A stretch of DNA of 63,804 nucleotides, counting the filler, from Octopus bimaculoides (lineage: Eukaryota): assembly GCF_001194135.2 (NCBI RefSeq). It is 6 parts of 6 records of this genome, joined end to end, with 100 filler letters (N's around TTAATTAATTAA, not from the genome) between each part and the next. Parts side by side here need not be neighbours in the genome. Positions count along the whole stretch, not along the records: positions 24,710 to 44,253 come from NC_068998.1; 5 more parts are not named here. One strand, 5' to 3'. The number at the start of each line of letters is the position of its first letter. Positions within the stretch are counted from its first letter, which is position 1. The notes below the pieces were generated by a model that was not told where the DNA came from, searched no databases, and saw nothing but the letters and a program-made list of their open reading frames with translations. Of the stretch, positions 25,165 through 37,952 are shown piece by piece. A program made the translations under genes and the position numbers.

Positions 25165-25885
25165 TTCTATGTTTATTCCGACCTATACTTGTAATCCATT
25201 GTAAATTATGGTAAATTTGGGTTTGACTTTACCGATGTTACTTGCTGGATGTTGGTTTAATGTATCGACTTGTGTGCCTTGATTTTCTTGGACTTAAATA
25301 ACGCTGATGGTGAAATATGGATTTTACTTTGTCACACATTGGATGTTCTGTTATTATGTCGTCCCGTGTACTTCGGTATTCCTGTGTATGAATTACGAAA
25401 TTGGATTTTACCTGCTGAATTTGCTGTCATGAGGGAGGTAATGAACTTTCGTACAATTTAAACTTAATCTTCTTTTATTAGCTATTAACCTCAACGAATG
25501 AACTATTTTACTACGTTTCCCTATGTATTATTTTTTTCTCTATATTATTTTTTCTATATATATATTTTTTTATTCCACTATATCTGTACCGGTCTATAAT
25601 ATTTTTAATCAACTTTTTAATCGCAGTTTATTTTTTATGCTATTCTATTATATTTTTAATCGATTTTACTCTTATGTATAAAAATTTTGACTTTGCTAAT
25701 TTGGTTTTGTGGTTTATACTGTACTTCTTATATGTGGTCATTGGTGGGCTATGNNNNNNNNNNNNNNNNNNNNNNNNNNNNNNNNNNNNNNNNNNNNNNN
25801 NNNNNNNNNNNNNNNNNNNNNNNNNNNNNNNNNNNNNNNNNNNNNNNNNNNNNNNNNNNNNNNNNNNNNNNNNNNNNNNNNNNNA

Positions 25886-26127
25886 TATACACAAAAATAA
25901 GAGGGATGACCAGCAAAAGTGGACTCCTATGCTAGAAATGAACCCATGGTACGTAGGTTAATCGTTTTTATTTAGTATTTTTTCATTTGTCTTGCCCTTT
26001 TACAGTCTGTTGTGTCGCTGAATTTTTACTGAGAACATATATTTTTTTCGTGGCTAGATGATTCGGCATCTATTTCTAGCATATAGGAGTCCACTTTTGC
26101 TGGTCATCACTCTTATTTTTGTATGTA
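25886..26127. mobile_element. MITE with ~55-bp terminal inverted repeats, TA-ended (Tc1/mariner type)
   Basis: 25886-25939 (tatacacaaaaataagagggatgaccagcaaaagtggactcctatgctagaaat) is the reverse complement of 26072-26127 apart from 3 mismatches and a 2-nt indel; ~130-bp non-coding spacer. Confidence 0.8.
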
Positions 26128-26559
26128 ATATAATTTTAATCTTCGGATTTTTTTAGTATGCTAGACTACTGGTTCAAATTGATTAATATCAATTTCAACC
26201 CTCATAAATAAATTTTTATACAATATGTATATATATATATATATATATATATTTATGTATGTATGTATGTATGTATGTGTACGTATGTATATATTTGTAT
26301 ATACCTTTCGGACAAATATTTGGCTATTCGAAGAGATTTAGTTTTAGTATTTAATTATGTTTGTGTTAACCATTCCAGCAAAAACAGTCTTGACATTTAT
26401 GGCTTTACACCACTGAGGTCTGGAATATCATAGGCAGTCCTTTTACCACTCTTTACTCAGGTCACATGACTTTTCGAACCTGAGACGCAGTGAGTTTCAG
26501 TATGCCAACGGTAATTGTGAAGTGAAATTTTTGACCATACACCCCTGCCTGCACCCGTA

Positions 26560-26752
26560 TACGCACACGTAACCTTAATGTAGTTCTCATGGAGATTCAG
26601 TGTGTGAAAAGGCTGACCCTTTGTATAACCGGTACAACTGACTTTCGCCAGCTGAGTGGACTAGTGAAACGTGAAATAAAGTGTCTTGCCCAAGGATACA
26701 GTGCGCCTTGCAATCGTGCGTTGAATACATTAACCACAAAGCTATGCCCTTT
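26560..26752 (-). mobile_element. CORE-type SINE with internally deleted head, sharing its 3' part with family C
   Basis: Minus strand gcatagctttgtggttaa...tccttgggcaagacactttatttcacg...cagctggc; the tail resembles 4610-4680. Confidence 0.65.
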
Positions 26753-27311
26753 TTCATCAATGTATGACAAACGGGTACTTTGGTAAATTTCCGGCAATGT
26801 ACTGTAAAGGCATAATATCATCGCTTTCCCTGTTATGATTCTCTTTTGTCTTTGTGTCTATCGCTGTTTCTCTTTCTGTACGAAATTAAGGATTGGAGCA
26901 GAAAAAAAATAGTTTTTAAAATCTTATTTCGTGGGATGAGTTTCTTTCGAGCTATTCCGAACAGCCGTTAAAATTAATCCTTGCGTAGCTGTAAGATACA
27001 AAAATAAGTAGGATTGACAGAAAATGCAACATTTCCTAGAGAAACAAATACAATATCACGTTTAGGAAGCAAATTTAACTCTGGTTGGAACTTTCCATCT
27101 TCTCCTCTTCGACTACCAATATTTCTCATAAATCTTAAGAAATTAACGTTGGTTATTTAAACAGGAACTGTCGACAAGACAACAGATAATCTTGCCGACA
27201 TAAAGAAATCCGAATGCAATGAATTACTCCATTGTTAATTCAATAAATGTATTCTACTGATAATCAAATTTTCATTGTGTCACAAATAACTTATTTCAAA
27301 CACAAACAAAT

Positions 27312-27355
<44 letters not shown>

Positions 27356-30310
27356 AAACGCGTGCGCGCGCACGCATACATACACATTCACACAAACACA
27401 CACCTACACAAACGCGCACCCATACATATACACTCGTACAGATTTATGCATTCACACAATCAGAGAATGTGTGCTATTACAAAGTAGAACATTCACCAAT
27501 AAATCTCGTAACGATTAGTGCAGACATATATCAACTAAATTTATGGCAGTGATGTTTGTGCTGAAGAATGAAATACTAAAGCAAGATGGCACTTAAACTA
27601 ACTTTATCTTTTATTTATTTATTCACATATTCATTTATATATTTATTCATTTATTTATTTAAAAATCAAATCGCCTATTTTCAGTAAAACTGTTACTGCT
27701 ATTACTTTCTAGAACCTGGTCAGCGTTGACTAATAATGAAAATGTATTCCAGTTATGACTATTCGACCTTTTATATACATGAAGTATTATATATGGACGT
27801 ATCATGAATGAATGTTTGCCTAGCTTTCTTACAATGCTCCGCAAAACGGATAACCTCATTTTTGTCTCCGTTTCTCTAACGTGATCCATACGTATGCATG
27901 ATTTTTATTTATGATCACGTTAATAAATCAATCCTTTAAAACTGGAAGGGTCTCATTTGTCACTGATATGTAACAACTAATTCCGGCGCGTAGAAAACCT
28001 CAAGAACTTCAGTGAAACTTAATGTATCACTTATAAATGAAGAAGCGAGGTTTGAAGCGGGAAAGAATAATCTTTGCTACTCAAAACGGCCGTAATTTTT
28101 GGGGAAGGGACCAGTCGATTAGATCGACCCCAGTACGCAACTGCTACTTCTCTACCCCGAAAAGGATGAAAAGCAAAGTCAACCTCGGGGAAGCAGGAAA
28201 GAATAATGCCTTGTAAAAAGCTTACGGTTTTCAAATACTTTAGTTTTGTTTTCTAAAATAGGAAAGGGTATGAGAGAGGGTGTAATCGATTAAATTCATA
28301 TATATCCTACCTAGAGTAATCCGCTCTGAATCTTTATGGTACTTGGTTATTCCATCGTCATTCTTCCTTTGCCCTGTCTAGCCTAATACATCGTAATTCT
28401 TTGTTTTCGATACCAAGTTTAATTTACTATTTTTTCAATATCACATCTGAGCCAATCTGCCGTTGTCTTTCCTTCAATAAAAAGGGAATCTAATAAAGAA
28501 AAACACTAACATATGCGTTTATCAATATTCGATACGTTATGGTAGGATTTGAGTTAGGCACATTTTTTGTACCTATAGCGAACGAATAAAAACCATTCAC
28601 TGCTTCTAACATGGTATGGGAATGACAAAAGGGAACATAACCGATTGTGAATTATTATAGATTTGTTTATTTCATTCATTGTTCATGTCTAAAGTTGAGA
28701 ACTTCAACACTATACAAAGAGAATATTTGCGAAGTTGCTTGCAACATGTTTATCTGACACTGTAATTAATCCATTCCTCTGCAAAATGACATCAAATAGA
28801 AGACAGTCTAAATCACTTTGAACACAATTAGAGTGTTGATATCTCAATAAAATCTGTCATAATTTTAAGAAAGCATGTTTGTATTCCATTTTCTTTGAAT
28901 AAAACTTAAAACTTAGCAGTGATTCTAATTTTTATTTTTAGTGTAATTTCATTAATATCATGTCTCGTATTTCACATAAAATCTACGAATATTTTGCAGT
29001 CACCCTAACAACTCATACATGTTATATATCATCGCACCTAATTGTTAAAACACATCTGCTATAGAATGTAGTATGCTGCTTACAAAACAAAGCACTAGCA
29101 CAGAAAAGAGAGAGAGAGAGAGAGAGAGTGTGTGTGTGTGTGTGTGTGTGCACGCACGCACGCACGCATCGTTCCGGGTTCAGGCCCACTGCGTCGCACC
29201 TCCGACAATGTCTTCTAGTATAGCCTCGCGCCATGAAGATTTATTAAAAGGAAACTGAAAGAACCCCGTCAGACACACATGTATGTTTTTAGCTTTGTCT
29301 GTGTCGTTGTGGCTGTGTGTGTGTGTGTGTGTGTGTGTGTCCCACCGCTTGGGACAAAACGAAACCGATTGAAGTTCCAGACTTTAAAAAAAACATGTAG
29401 TGGGGCCAATTCGTTCGACTAATAGTCTTCAATGCCTTTTCCAGCCATGGTTGTTCTCTAATGACCGAAGTAAGTAAAGGATAATAGATCTATATTTGCA
29501 TGCTCTCGCACACACATGCATATATATGTGTGTGTGTGTGTGTGTGATTATTAGAAGATATGTATTCTGAGAATCTACATGTACCCACGATGTCTTCCAA
29601 GTTGAAATTAGTATTACTACTACATAAAGGAAGTTGTGACACTGTATTCATCCTGTCTAGCAAATAATATGCTGACACGATTGTCGTAAAATATTATACA
29701 TAAATAAATATTAAACTAAATATATCAAAAATAAGCAAAGGATGCCATGATATTGGTTCGTCAATATGGGAATAAATATTATTTAATAAATTGCAATGAT
29801 AAACCAGAGCAGTTTGAGTTTAATGTCTGCGTGAAAAATGGTAGTGAATTCATGAATGACACACCTTAATAGATGAATGAATGTCATCATTCAGCTGGTG
29901 ACATCAATACTTGAATGCTCTTTCAGAAAATTGAAGAAACGTGACTGGACATTCGAAGTTAAGTAAATACCATTACAGCAGGAGTGCTCAGTCATCTGAT
30001 CATTTCCTTTGATGAAACAAAAAAATATTTCTAAGCAATGACTGATTGTCGTCTTTGAATACAAATACACACACATTCAGTCGCAAATACACCTACACGC
30101 GTACACACATACACACAGGAACACACACGTATGCACAAATACATATGCTACATCATAGTCACGTTTACATGAAGTTTATTTAAATACTGCTCCTTTCTGA
30201 TGAAGCATAAATACAATGTATTATCTATCTGTCTGTCTGATTGCTTCATACATTCTCTTTCGTATGTTTGTATATATGTATAGAAATGAGTATGTGTTTG
30301 TGTGTTTGTG

Positions 30311-30340
<30 letters not shown>

Positions 30341-30345
<5 letters not shown>

Positions 30346-30625
30346 TGGAGAGAAGACGGGACGGGCGTTTTTTGAAAAATTCACATAATCATTATATTTA
30401 GCTGCAAGCAAATATTATTGACATTATGCGGTCTTGGAATTTGGCCTCCACTCTCTCCAGCATTGCTCTGTCGATTTGGGTGAGTTCCACCCTAATAGCT
30501 TCCTTCAAATCGTTCAATTTTACGGACTTATCCGCATCCACACGTGCCTTGAGTTTACCCCACAAGAAATAATCACACATGGATAAATAAGGGGAACGAG
30601 GGAGGGGTGCAAGGAATGTAAGCAA
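30341..30625 (-). mobile_element. Tc1/mariner (maT/DD37D-like) transposase C-terminal relic with probable terminal repeat
   Basis: PRSPYLSMCDYFLWGKLKARV...LNDLKEAIRVELTQIDRAMLERVEAKFQDR. The adjacent ta-tggtggagagaagacggga (30341-30361) looks like an element end next to (TA)n. Confidence 0.82.
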
Positions 30626-31169
30626 AGCTAGAAATGAAGCGGTTATTCAAAGGAGCAAGTGAGCAGTGTAGTGCTGTTACTACAATAATACCTGGAAGGC
30701 AACCACTAGGTAAATGATAATTCTTATGGATGGAGAATCACTTCGATTGTTTGCCCGCCAAATTTGTCTCATTACAGGTATTTTGAGAGTTCTCGCCGTA
30801 CACTTCGGGAACATGTGCCTAGGGCTATTTTTCTTAGAACTTCATTTCCAATGTAATTGCGTATCTTTCATGATGCATCGCTCACAAAGTTCAAAATACG
30901 GTAGGTATTTTGTTTAAAATATCCTGAGTAGAAATGGAAGCTGTAAACTGGCAGATTAACGGCCACAAGAGACAAAGTATTTAACAGCATTTCGTTTGTC
31001 CTTGTGTTCTGTGTTTTAAAATTGCGCTTAGATCAAATTTGCCTTTCATCCTCTCGGGGTCGATAAGTATTAGTCAAGTATTGGAGTCGATATAATCGAC
31101 TATACCCTATCCTTAGTGTGTTGGCAGTGCCCTTAGTTAGAATATTTTGCGATTCTCTGACCTGTGTGT

Positions 31170-31563
31170 TCATTGAATTCAAAGTCCAAGGACAACAATG
31201 AGATTCGTGTTTTCATTATCGATACAAAGAATTACTTCATAGAGCTGGAACGATGGAATTGCTTGCAGGTATGAAGAGGTGACTTGTGTTATCAATTCCG
31301 ATACTCTCAAGCCATCACCTGCGAACTTTTTTAGCACTGGAAAATTGTGTTCCATGCAAAAGGAATTGCATTCATGAGCTACTGTTGGCTTTCACAACAA
31401 AACTTCCTCAAACCCCTGCCATTAGAGGAACTTTTCCAATAGAAAAAGGTCTCTCCACAAGCAATTATATGCTCAACTCTACTGATGTTATTATCCTTGG
31501 ATTAATAGGTGTACGCCTAATAAAACGCTTCGCTGCATTTCGTACGTCTATACGTTCTGATTA
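31170..31563 (+). mobile_element. Highly decayed LINE APE-endonuclease-like relic
   Basis: Ordered weak motifs across frames: KNYFIELER, RGDL, ENC...IHELLLAFT, GTF...STSNYML, IRSD*. Confidence 0.4.
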
Positions 31564-32067
31564 GAAATTCCGCTGAGGTCAACTTTACATTTCATTCTTT
31601 TGGTGTTACCCGTTGAGCATAGGGTTCGAGTTAATCAACTATTTCTTTTGGCAAAATTGCAGGCTTTGTACCTATTGTAGAAAGGATTAAGAGACGTATT
31701 AGAATTAGCTTGACATTAATTTGAAGTAGGGCTACATGCAAAATTCGAGACCATCAATTTCGAAGATTTTCTTTTTAATACAGAAAATTTTGATGAGTTA
31801 AGACACCAAAAAGATTGGTAGGATCAGATGTGATGGATATATAATACTGTATATTTCGGATGTTATACCCATTCTATTCACATGTGTAGGAGTTACTTAT
31901 GGACTTAAGGACTCTTGGACGACTATATAAGTTTAACTCTATAGATTTCTGATGTCTTCCAGAGACGGAACGCGTAACATGTGTGTGAACGATAGTATAG
32001 TATAGTATATATAGATAGATATAAGATGCAGTGGTCAAGTCACGACCTTTACTATACATTTCGCCAG

Positions 32068-32145
32068 GTGTTGCAATTGCTCTGGCTGATACCCAGTCCC
32101 GTCTTCTGCAAGAGAAACGTCTGCAGTATGAAGGCATGCTGACAG
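32068..32145 (+). CDS. Candidate internal coding exon (78 nt, phase 1-1) of an unidentified gene
   Basis: catttcgccag|...|gtaaat. Only one frame is open: (x)VAIALADTQSRLLQEKRLQYEGMLT; non-repetitive, codon-like composition. No family recognised and no flanking exons secured. Confidence 0.5.
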
Positions 32146-35100
32146 GTAAATTTTGGTGTCGTCCTAACAAATTGAACCTTCTTAAATGCACCCATAGATA
32201 GAATGTTGGTGGTGCTTAACCGTTTGACTGGTTATCGTATTTTTTTTCTCAACATAATATTATGCAGTAACATACATTAAATGTAGTTTCTTAATCAAAT
32301 TCCGATCTCTTCTGAACAAATATCAAAAGGTAGAAAGGAATATTAGAAAGCATATGAAAATAAATAAGGCATATAAGAAAATAAAGCTGCAAGGATTCGA
32401 AAATTAATTTTCTAGCCTGCTGAGTATGCAGAGGAGAGCACAGTGTAAGATGTGAACATTGTCAAAGGGCTTGTGGAATTGATCTCAAAGCACCCTTTTG
32501 CAATTTCATTTTCGCGTTTGAAGAATATTTCTCTGATTGATTTGCTTACTCGGGATTAAATCCTGCAATATTTCTAGTTTTATTAAATACTTTTAGGAAT
32601 GTTAAAAGCTTGTTTGCTGCCATGTCCCCTGTCACCATAAAATGCCTCGCGTTTATTTTGGACTTGTTTAGAGTTTTAACACTCCCAGAAGTTTATCATA
32701 TTCTTTCTTTATTTCTTTCTATAACCTGCTCGCCTCACATTTATCTTGAGTTCTTCTGATGCAATTTTCTCCTTTTTTATCGTCGTAAAAATTAATAACA
32801 ATTGTAAATATTAATCATTTTCGTTTCCTATGAGGTTTTATAAGGCAATAAATGTTATATCTTTATATGAAAACGCTAAATATATTTTAACCTCATTGCA
32901 TGTTTTAACTGTAAAAATTGTGTGGTGGTGGGGGGATCATTGCTTATTTTTCAATATCAAAAGAGAGCCTTTGAGCAAAAAGAGGGTAGGAAACCACTGC
33001 CATAGCAGTAATTACATTGACATATTGAGATAAAAGGTTTATCATTGATTTTCAATCGACTTTCGATTATATTTTTTTCTCATTCATTTTTGGGTTCAGT
33101 TTATGTAATTGCGCAAATAACACAACACAAGCGTATTTCTCCGTTCAATGCTAGATCAACGACGACTAACATCACCTAAAGCCTAAAATTAAGACAAACT
33201 TATTCAGTTATTGATATTATCATTTGTATTAAAAACATCTTTCTGATTCGATTATTTGTAACATCCTTATATTGTAGAATTGAAGTTTCTTTAAAACATT
33301 AAAATCAAGAGCGGTGAGTATTGTTATCGCAGTAGTGACAACAGCGTAGTCGTTGTTTTCGTTGTCGTGTTTTTGACCCCATATCGATGATGAGCACGTT
33401 GATTCGTATAACCAAATGCGTTCAAATCACGATTTCTCTTTACATTAGTTTATTGGAGGTTGTTTATCTCCGACTTCGTTATCCAAAGTGCTACTATGAC
33501 AGTGCTAATATTTGTATAATAATGAAAGTGGGGGTTAATCGTAGGAGGTTATCGCTACTACTTCTAGTAAAGCTATCAAACAAGTAGAAAAGGGATTACC
33601 AAATTATTTTGGCGGTAGTTTATTTTTAGTATATTTTAATATGGATCATGGCTTACATTTATATTATATCATGTTACATATAAAAAATATCCCCGCTAAT
33701 AATGCTTATGCATAAATTAAACAAATTTTAATACAAAAGCTATTTTAAATCGGTCAACGACTCTATGGCACAAGAATACATTAAATTTCAGCATTCCTCA
33801 AAACAATTCAAGGAACATGAAAAAATACCTGAAAAGTCCGCTTGTGGGTTACGTCTTACATGTTGCTGGCCCTTGCAGTAGAGACTTTCTCATTAGATCT
33901 ATTGAATAGTTTGTCTTTAAGATGACAGGGGGAAAAGGTTGAATACAGAATGTTAAATATTCTGATGAAATTGCAATGAAGCACGGGAAAACTTGATTTT
34001 AGTTTGGCCTCTATTTATAATTTGAGAGAGCATACCACTCAAAACTTGCGCATGTTTCCCTTAATAGGGTCGAATAGAAACTAAATATTATGTGGGGTAC
34101 AACTAGTTTATTAGGTTTACAATGTAATGCTTAAATAAAATTAATTGTTCATTTAGATCACTAATAAGACATTAGTATGGATAGGGTATTCTATTAAACT
34201 TTACCCAGTATCTAAAAGAATCGACTCTATATGAAATAAGAAGATAAATGATGTTTAAAATGAATTCTAAAGGATGCAACTATAGTGAAAATGGTTAAGT
34301 ACCAAGTTAAATATAATGTAGTATTCATTTATCTTTCTCTATGCTCAGAATTTAAATCGTGTCGCCGTCGATTTAAACTTTTCATTACTTCTTAAAGTAG
34401 CTGCAACCAGCATATATTTTTCCACATCGTGCCAGGCATCCTATTCTTGAAGTAGCTGTAGCCGCTCCTCACCGTTATATCATGTATTGCTGCTAGAAAT
34501 ATCAATGAATTGAAATAGTTTTCGGCTGCAGAAGTCTCCAAAATATAGCAACACACCACATAACCATGTTTCCACCATGGCAGCAACGCCCAGCATAGCC
34601 CACTACACGAAGAGTAACATCACTAAAAATGACTTCAACAAAAACAGAACACAACTTGATGTAGCTTGAGGCCAACGCCATAAAACATGTTCCTAACAGA
34701 ATACAAAAAGTGAGAATTGATAGGGTAAGGAATTTTATCCGATCTTTTAGCATTTACAGCGGTTCCCCACACAGAATCAGTACTTTTAATCGTCGATGAA
34801 ATGATGAAATGCTCTGTTGAAAGTGGCACAATTTGAAACTGAGCATAAAATGTTCGAGTACATAGTGCGAGTCATTCTGTTGAACGCACTAACGGCTGTG
34901 CTCCTTCCTTAATTTAAGGTATTTGGTAGTATCAACGGACAAACCGTTTTATGTGTCCGGTTGAACAACATTATTCCAGTTAGAATCGTTAAAGTACACG
35001 GTGTCACGTGATACAAGACGGATCTATCATAATACTGCAATAATTTGAATCGGCTACAATAATTAGCTAGAGATTCCATTCTTATGCCGTTGTCACATAT

Positions 35101-35185
35101 ATACACGTTTGCACACACGCACACACGCACTAATACACACGCATAACGATGTATGTATACGGTATATATATATATATATATATAT

Positions 35186-35271
<86 letters not shown>

Positions 35272-37256
35272 ATTAATGTATATACACATATACACACAAA
35301 AATACATATATATATGTATACGGTATATATATATATGTGTGTGTGTGTGTATATTACTGTATATGCACATATACACACAAAAACACATATATATACGCAC
35401 ACGCATATATATAATATATATATATACCGTAGAAAAAATTGCACTTGTATATATATTTGTCAGTAGGGCGCATATATTCTATAAAATAATACATTACGAT
35501 TAATATATTTATATATCAAACGGAATCACTGCTAGATTAAAACGGAAAATTGCGTATCATAGTTAGTGCGAATACATATACACATATACGCAGAGACAAA
35601 CTTCCATGTTTTGCCGCCGTTTGAAACCAAAATAATAGACGAGGTTCGCGACTCACAATTTTTCTAAAACTTGGTTTTCAAGCAATCCTGTTAATTCTCT
35701 TTGACGCTCCGTGCATGAAATGGGAGGCCTTCTTCTATAACATTTAATTTCAAAGGAAACGATCTCTTTCTCTCTTTCAGCATCGAACGTTCATGTCACG
35801 CGTCGCTAGAACGCCATTGCAATTACTGTAGTTCTTAAAACATCGACTGAATCATTGAAACCATAGCAACAAAAAAGAATGTCACTTGAGAAATCATGGG
35901 AGAGACATTATGGAAACATGTTGACGGGGACCTAATTACTTACTGTATAGAATTCTTACTTAAATGTCGTATTAAACGCTGATTCGCTCCATAATGCTTA
36001 ACCTATATAATCTTAAAACCGTATATCCATGTTAACAAGACTGAACTCGTAATGAAAATATGAGCGACATACCAATTGCTCTCGTTTGAAGGTACCTAGA
36101 AATGATTTTAATTAATTTAGTGCATTTTTTTCATTCTGAGTTAAAGTTCTGTTGAAAACAACTTTCACTTTCCAGGTGTCAACTTTGACTTCTAATTTGA
36201 TCTGTCTCCGAGGGTGTCTTATATTATTTATTACCGTGCTGTAGCTAGTGTTGTAGTAGTAAGTGTTGTAAAAAGCGCAAGACAAACACGAAGTAAAAAT
36301 AAAGGCACAGAATTCATTAGGCAGGTGCTCGGAAAATAGGGGAAAAAACAGAAATAAATGCCTTATACGTTTCGACTGATCAAGCTTCTTCTAAAAGGAT
36401 AGGCAAAGATAGGAAACCAAAAAAAACGGAAGATGTGGCATGCTGCAGAGATAGTAGTAGTAGTGATGGTGGTTGTGTTGGTGGTAGTAGACGTGGTGGT
36501 GGTGGTAGTAGTAGTAGTAGTAGTGCTTGTCGTTGTCGCACATATTTTTGTTGCTCATCGCATTTCAAAACTAATCGCACGTCAAAACTTATTTTTTCGC
36601 CCCATCTGTGAGCATCTCATGACTTCGTGATTCAATATTACTGAAGACAGTAGGCGTCGTCGGCGAGCTGGCAGAATATCGTCAGCACGCCTGTCAAAAT
36701 GCTTAGCGAAATTTCGTCCGTCTTTACGTTCTGAGTTCAAATTTCGCCGAGGTCGACTTTGTCTTTAATCCTCTCTGGGTCGATAAAATAAGTTCCAGTT
36801 AAGCACTGAGGTCGATGTAATCAACTCATACGCTCCTGCAAATTTGCTGGCCTTGTTTTAAATTTTCAACTCAGAACGCAAATTGCCGGAAGAATTGCCA
36901 TAAACATTTTGTCCGACTCATTTACGATTTTGTCGGCTCCACACCCTAATCAACTGCTATATAATGGAGAGAATACAATCTATTATACGCTAAATATAAA
37001 ACTTCATATCTATGTAATACTATTCATTGTGATTTATTAATATTCGAAAGTTTAATCTTTACTTTAGAAGCATCTTAAGGATATGACAATGAAAATTATA
37101 ATATAAGTTTAAATAATGTGCAGTAGTTACTTGGCAGGTCATAACTTGGAGCAATGACTTTTAATTGAAAATGTACTTTCGTATGGACAGCAAGATATTA
37201 TATGTAAATTCATTATGAATCAATTATTTGCTGTGATATAAATACGATTGAAAGTT

Positions 37257-37450
37257 TTTAATATTTGAGTTATATAATAGTATTTGAGTTCTTTAATATT
37301 TGAGTTATATAATGGTATTTGAGTTCTTTAATATTTGAGTTATATAATAGTATTTGANNNNNNNNNNTTGAGTTATATAATGGTATTTGAGTTCTTTAAT
37401 ATTTGAGTTATATAATAGTATTTGAGTTCTTTAATATTTGAGTTATATAT
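37257..37450. repeat. 35-bp minisatellite with 70-bp higher-order alternation, spanning a 10-N gap
   Basis: Unit tttaatatttgagttatataat(a/g)gtatttgagttc; variants run a,g,a,gap,g,a. Confidence 0.92.
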
Positions 37451-37882
37451 ATACTTATAGCTATGGTATATTCTGTTAAGAACGTAGTAGAGTACATTAT
37501 AGAGTTCGTTCCCCTTCAGGTTTCACCCTGTGCTAACCAGTAGTAGTATTATAACTACTTCCAGATTTGCGCTTCGGTATCCCTCTTGTGTGAATAAATA
37601 ATTAAAAAACATTTGAAATCAAAAAGAAGGAATACGGTTGGACACTTATTTTCAATCGCTACAATTGTTTCTACGCAACGTAGTTCTCCAGGCGTGCAGG
37701 TACCTGGTCACGTAACCATTTTCCTGCATTATGAGATTTAGTTGTTTGCTAAGGCAATAAATGAATATTGTCTCCGTAAGTTCAAATGGTCGGCCTGAGG
37801 AATAAATAACCTCTCCGTCTGTCGTGACCGGAATTTAGTAGCAGTCACACTGCGTTTAACAATGTGTGTAGTTGAAGAACCG

Positions 37883-37952
<70 letters not shown>

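Noticed and set aside
29895-29962. Candidate exon LVTSILECSFRKLKKRDWTFEV, plus similar ones at 26461-26489 and 42558-42606
   Set aside because: Weak acceptors or very short; no recognisable domain; open frames this short arise by chance.
31245-31270. 26-nt exon (AGTMELLA) whose phase would join the 32068 exon
   Set aside because: It lies inside the APE-like relic and has a poor acceptor; the phase fit may be coincidence.
31300-31400. hAT-like reading ECNSFCMEHNFPV on the minus strand
   Set aside because: Only one short motif; the plus-strand APE reading has more ordered motifs.
34392-34829. Overlapping short minus-strand ORFs in unique-looking sequence (also 16123-16442 and 54972-55172)
   Set aside because: No convincing motif or splice structure; at best very old TE debris.
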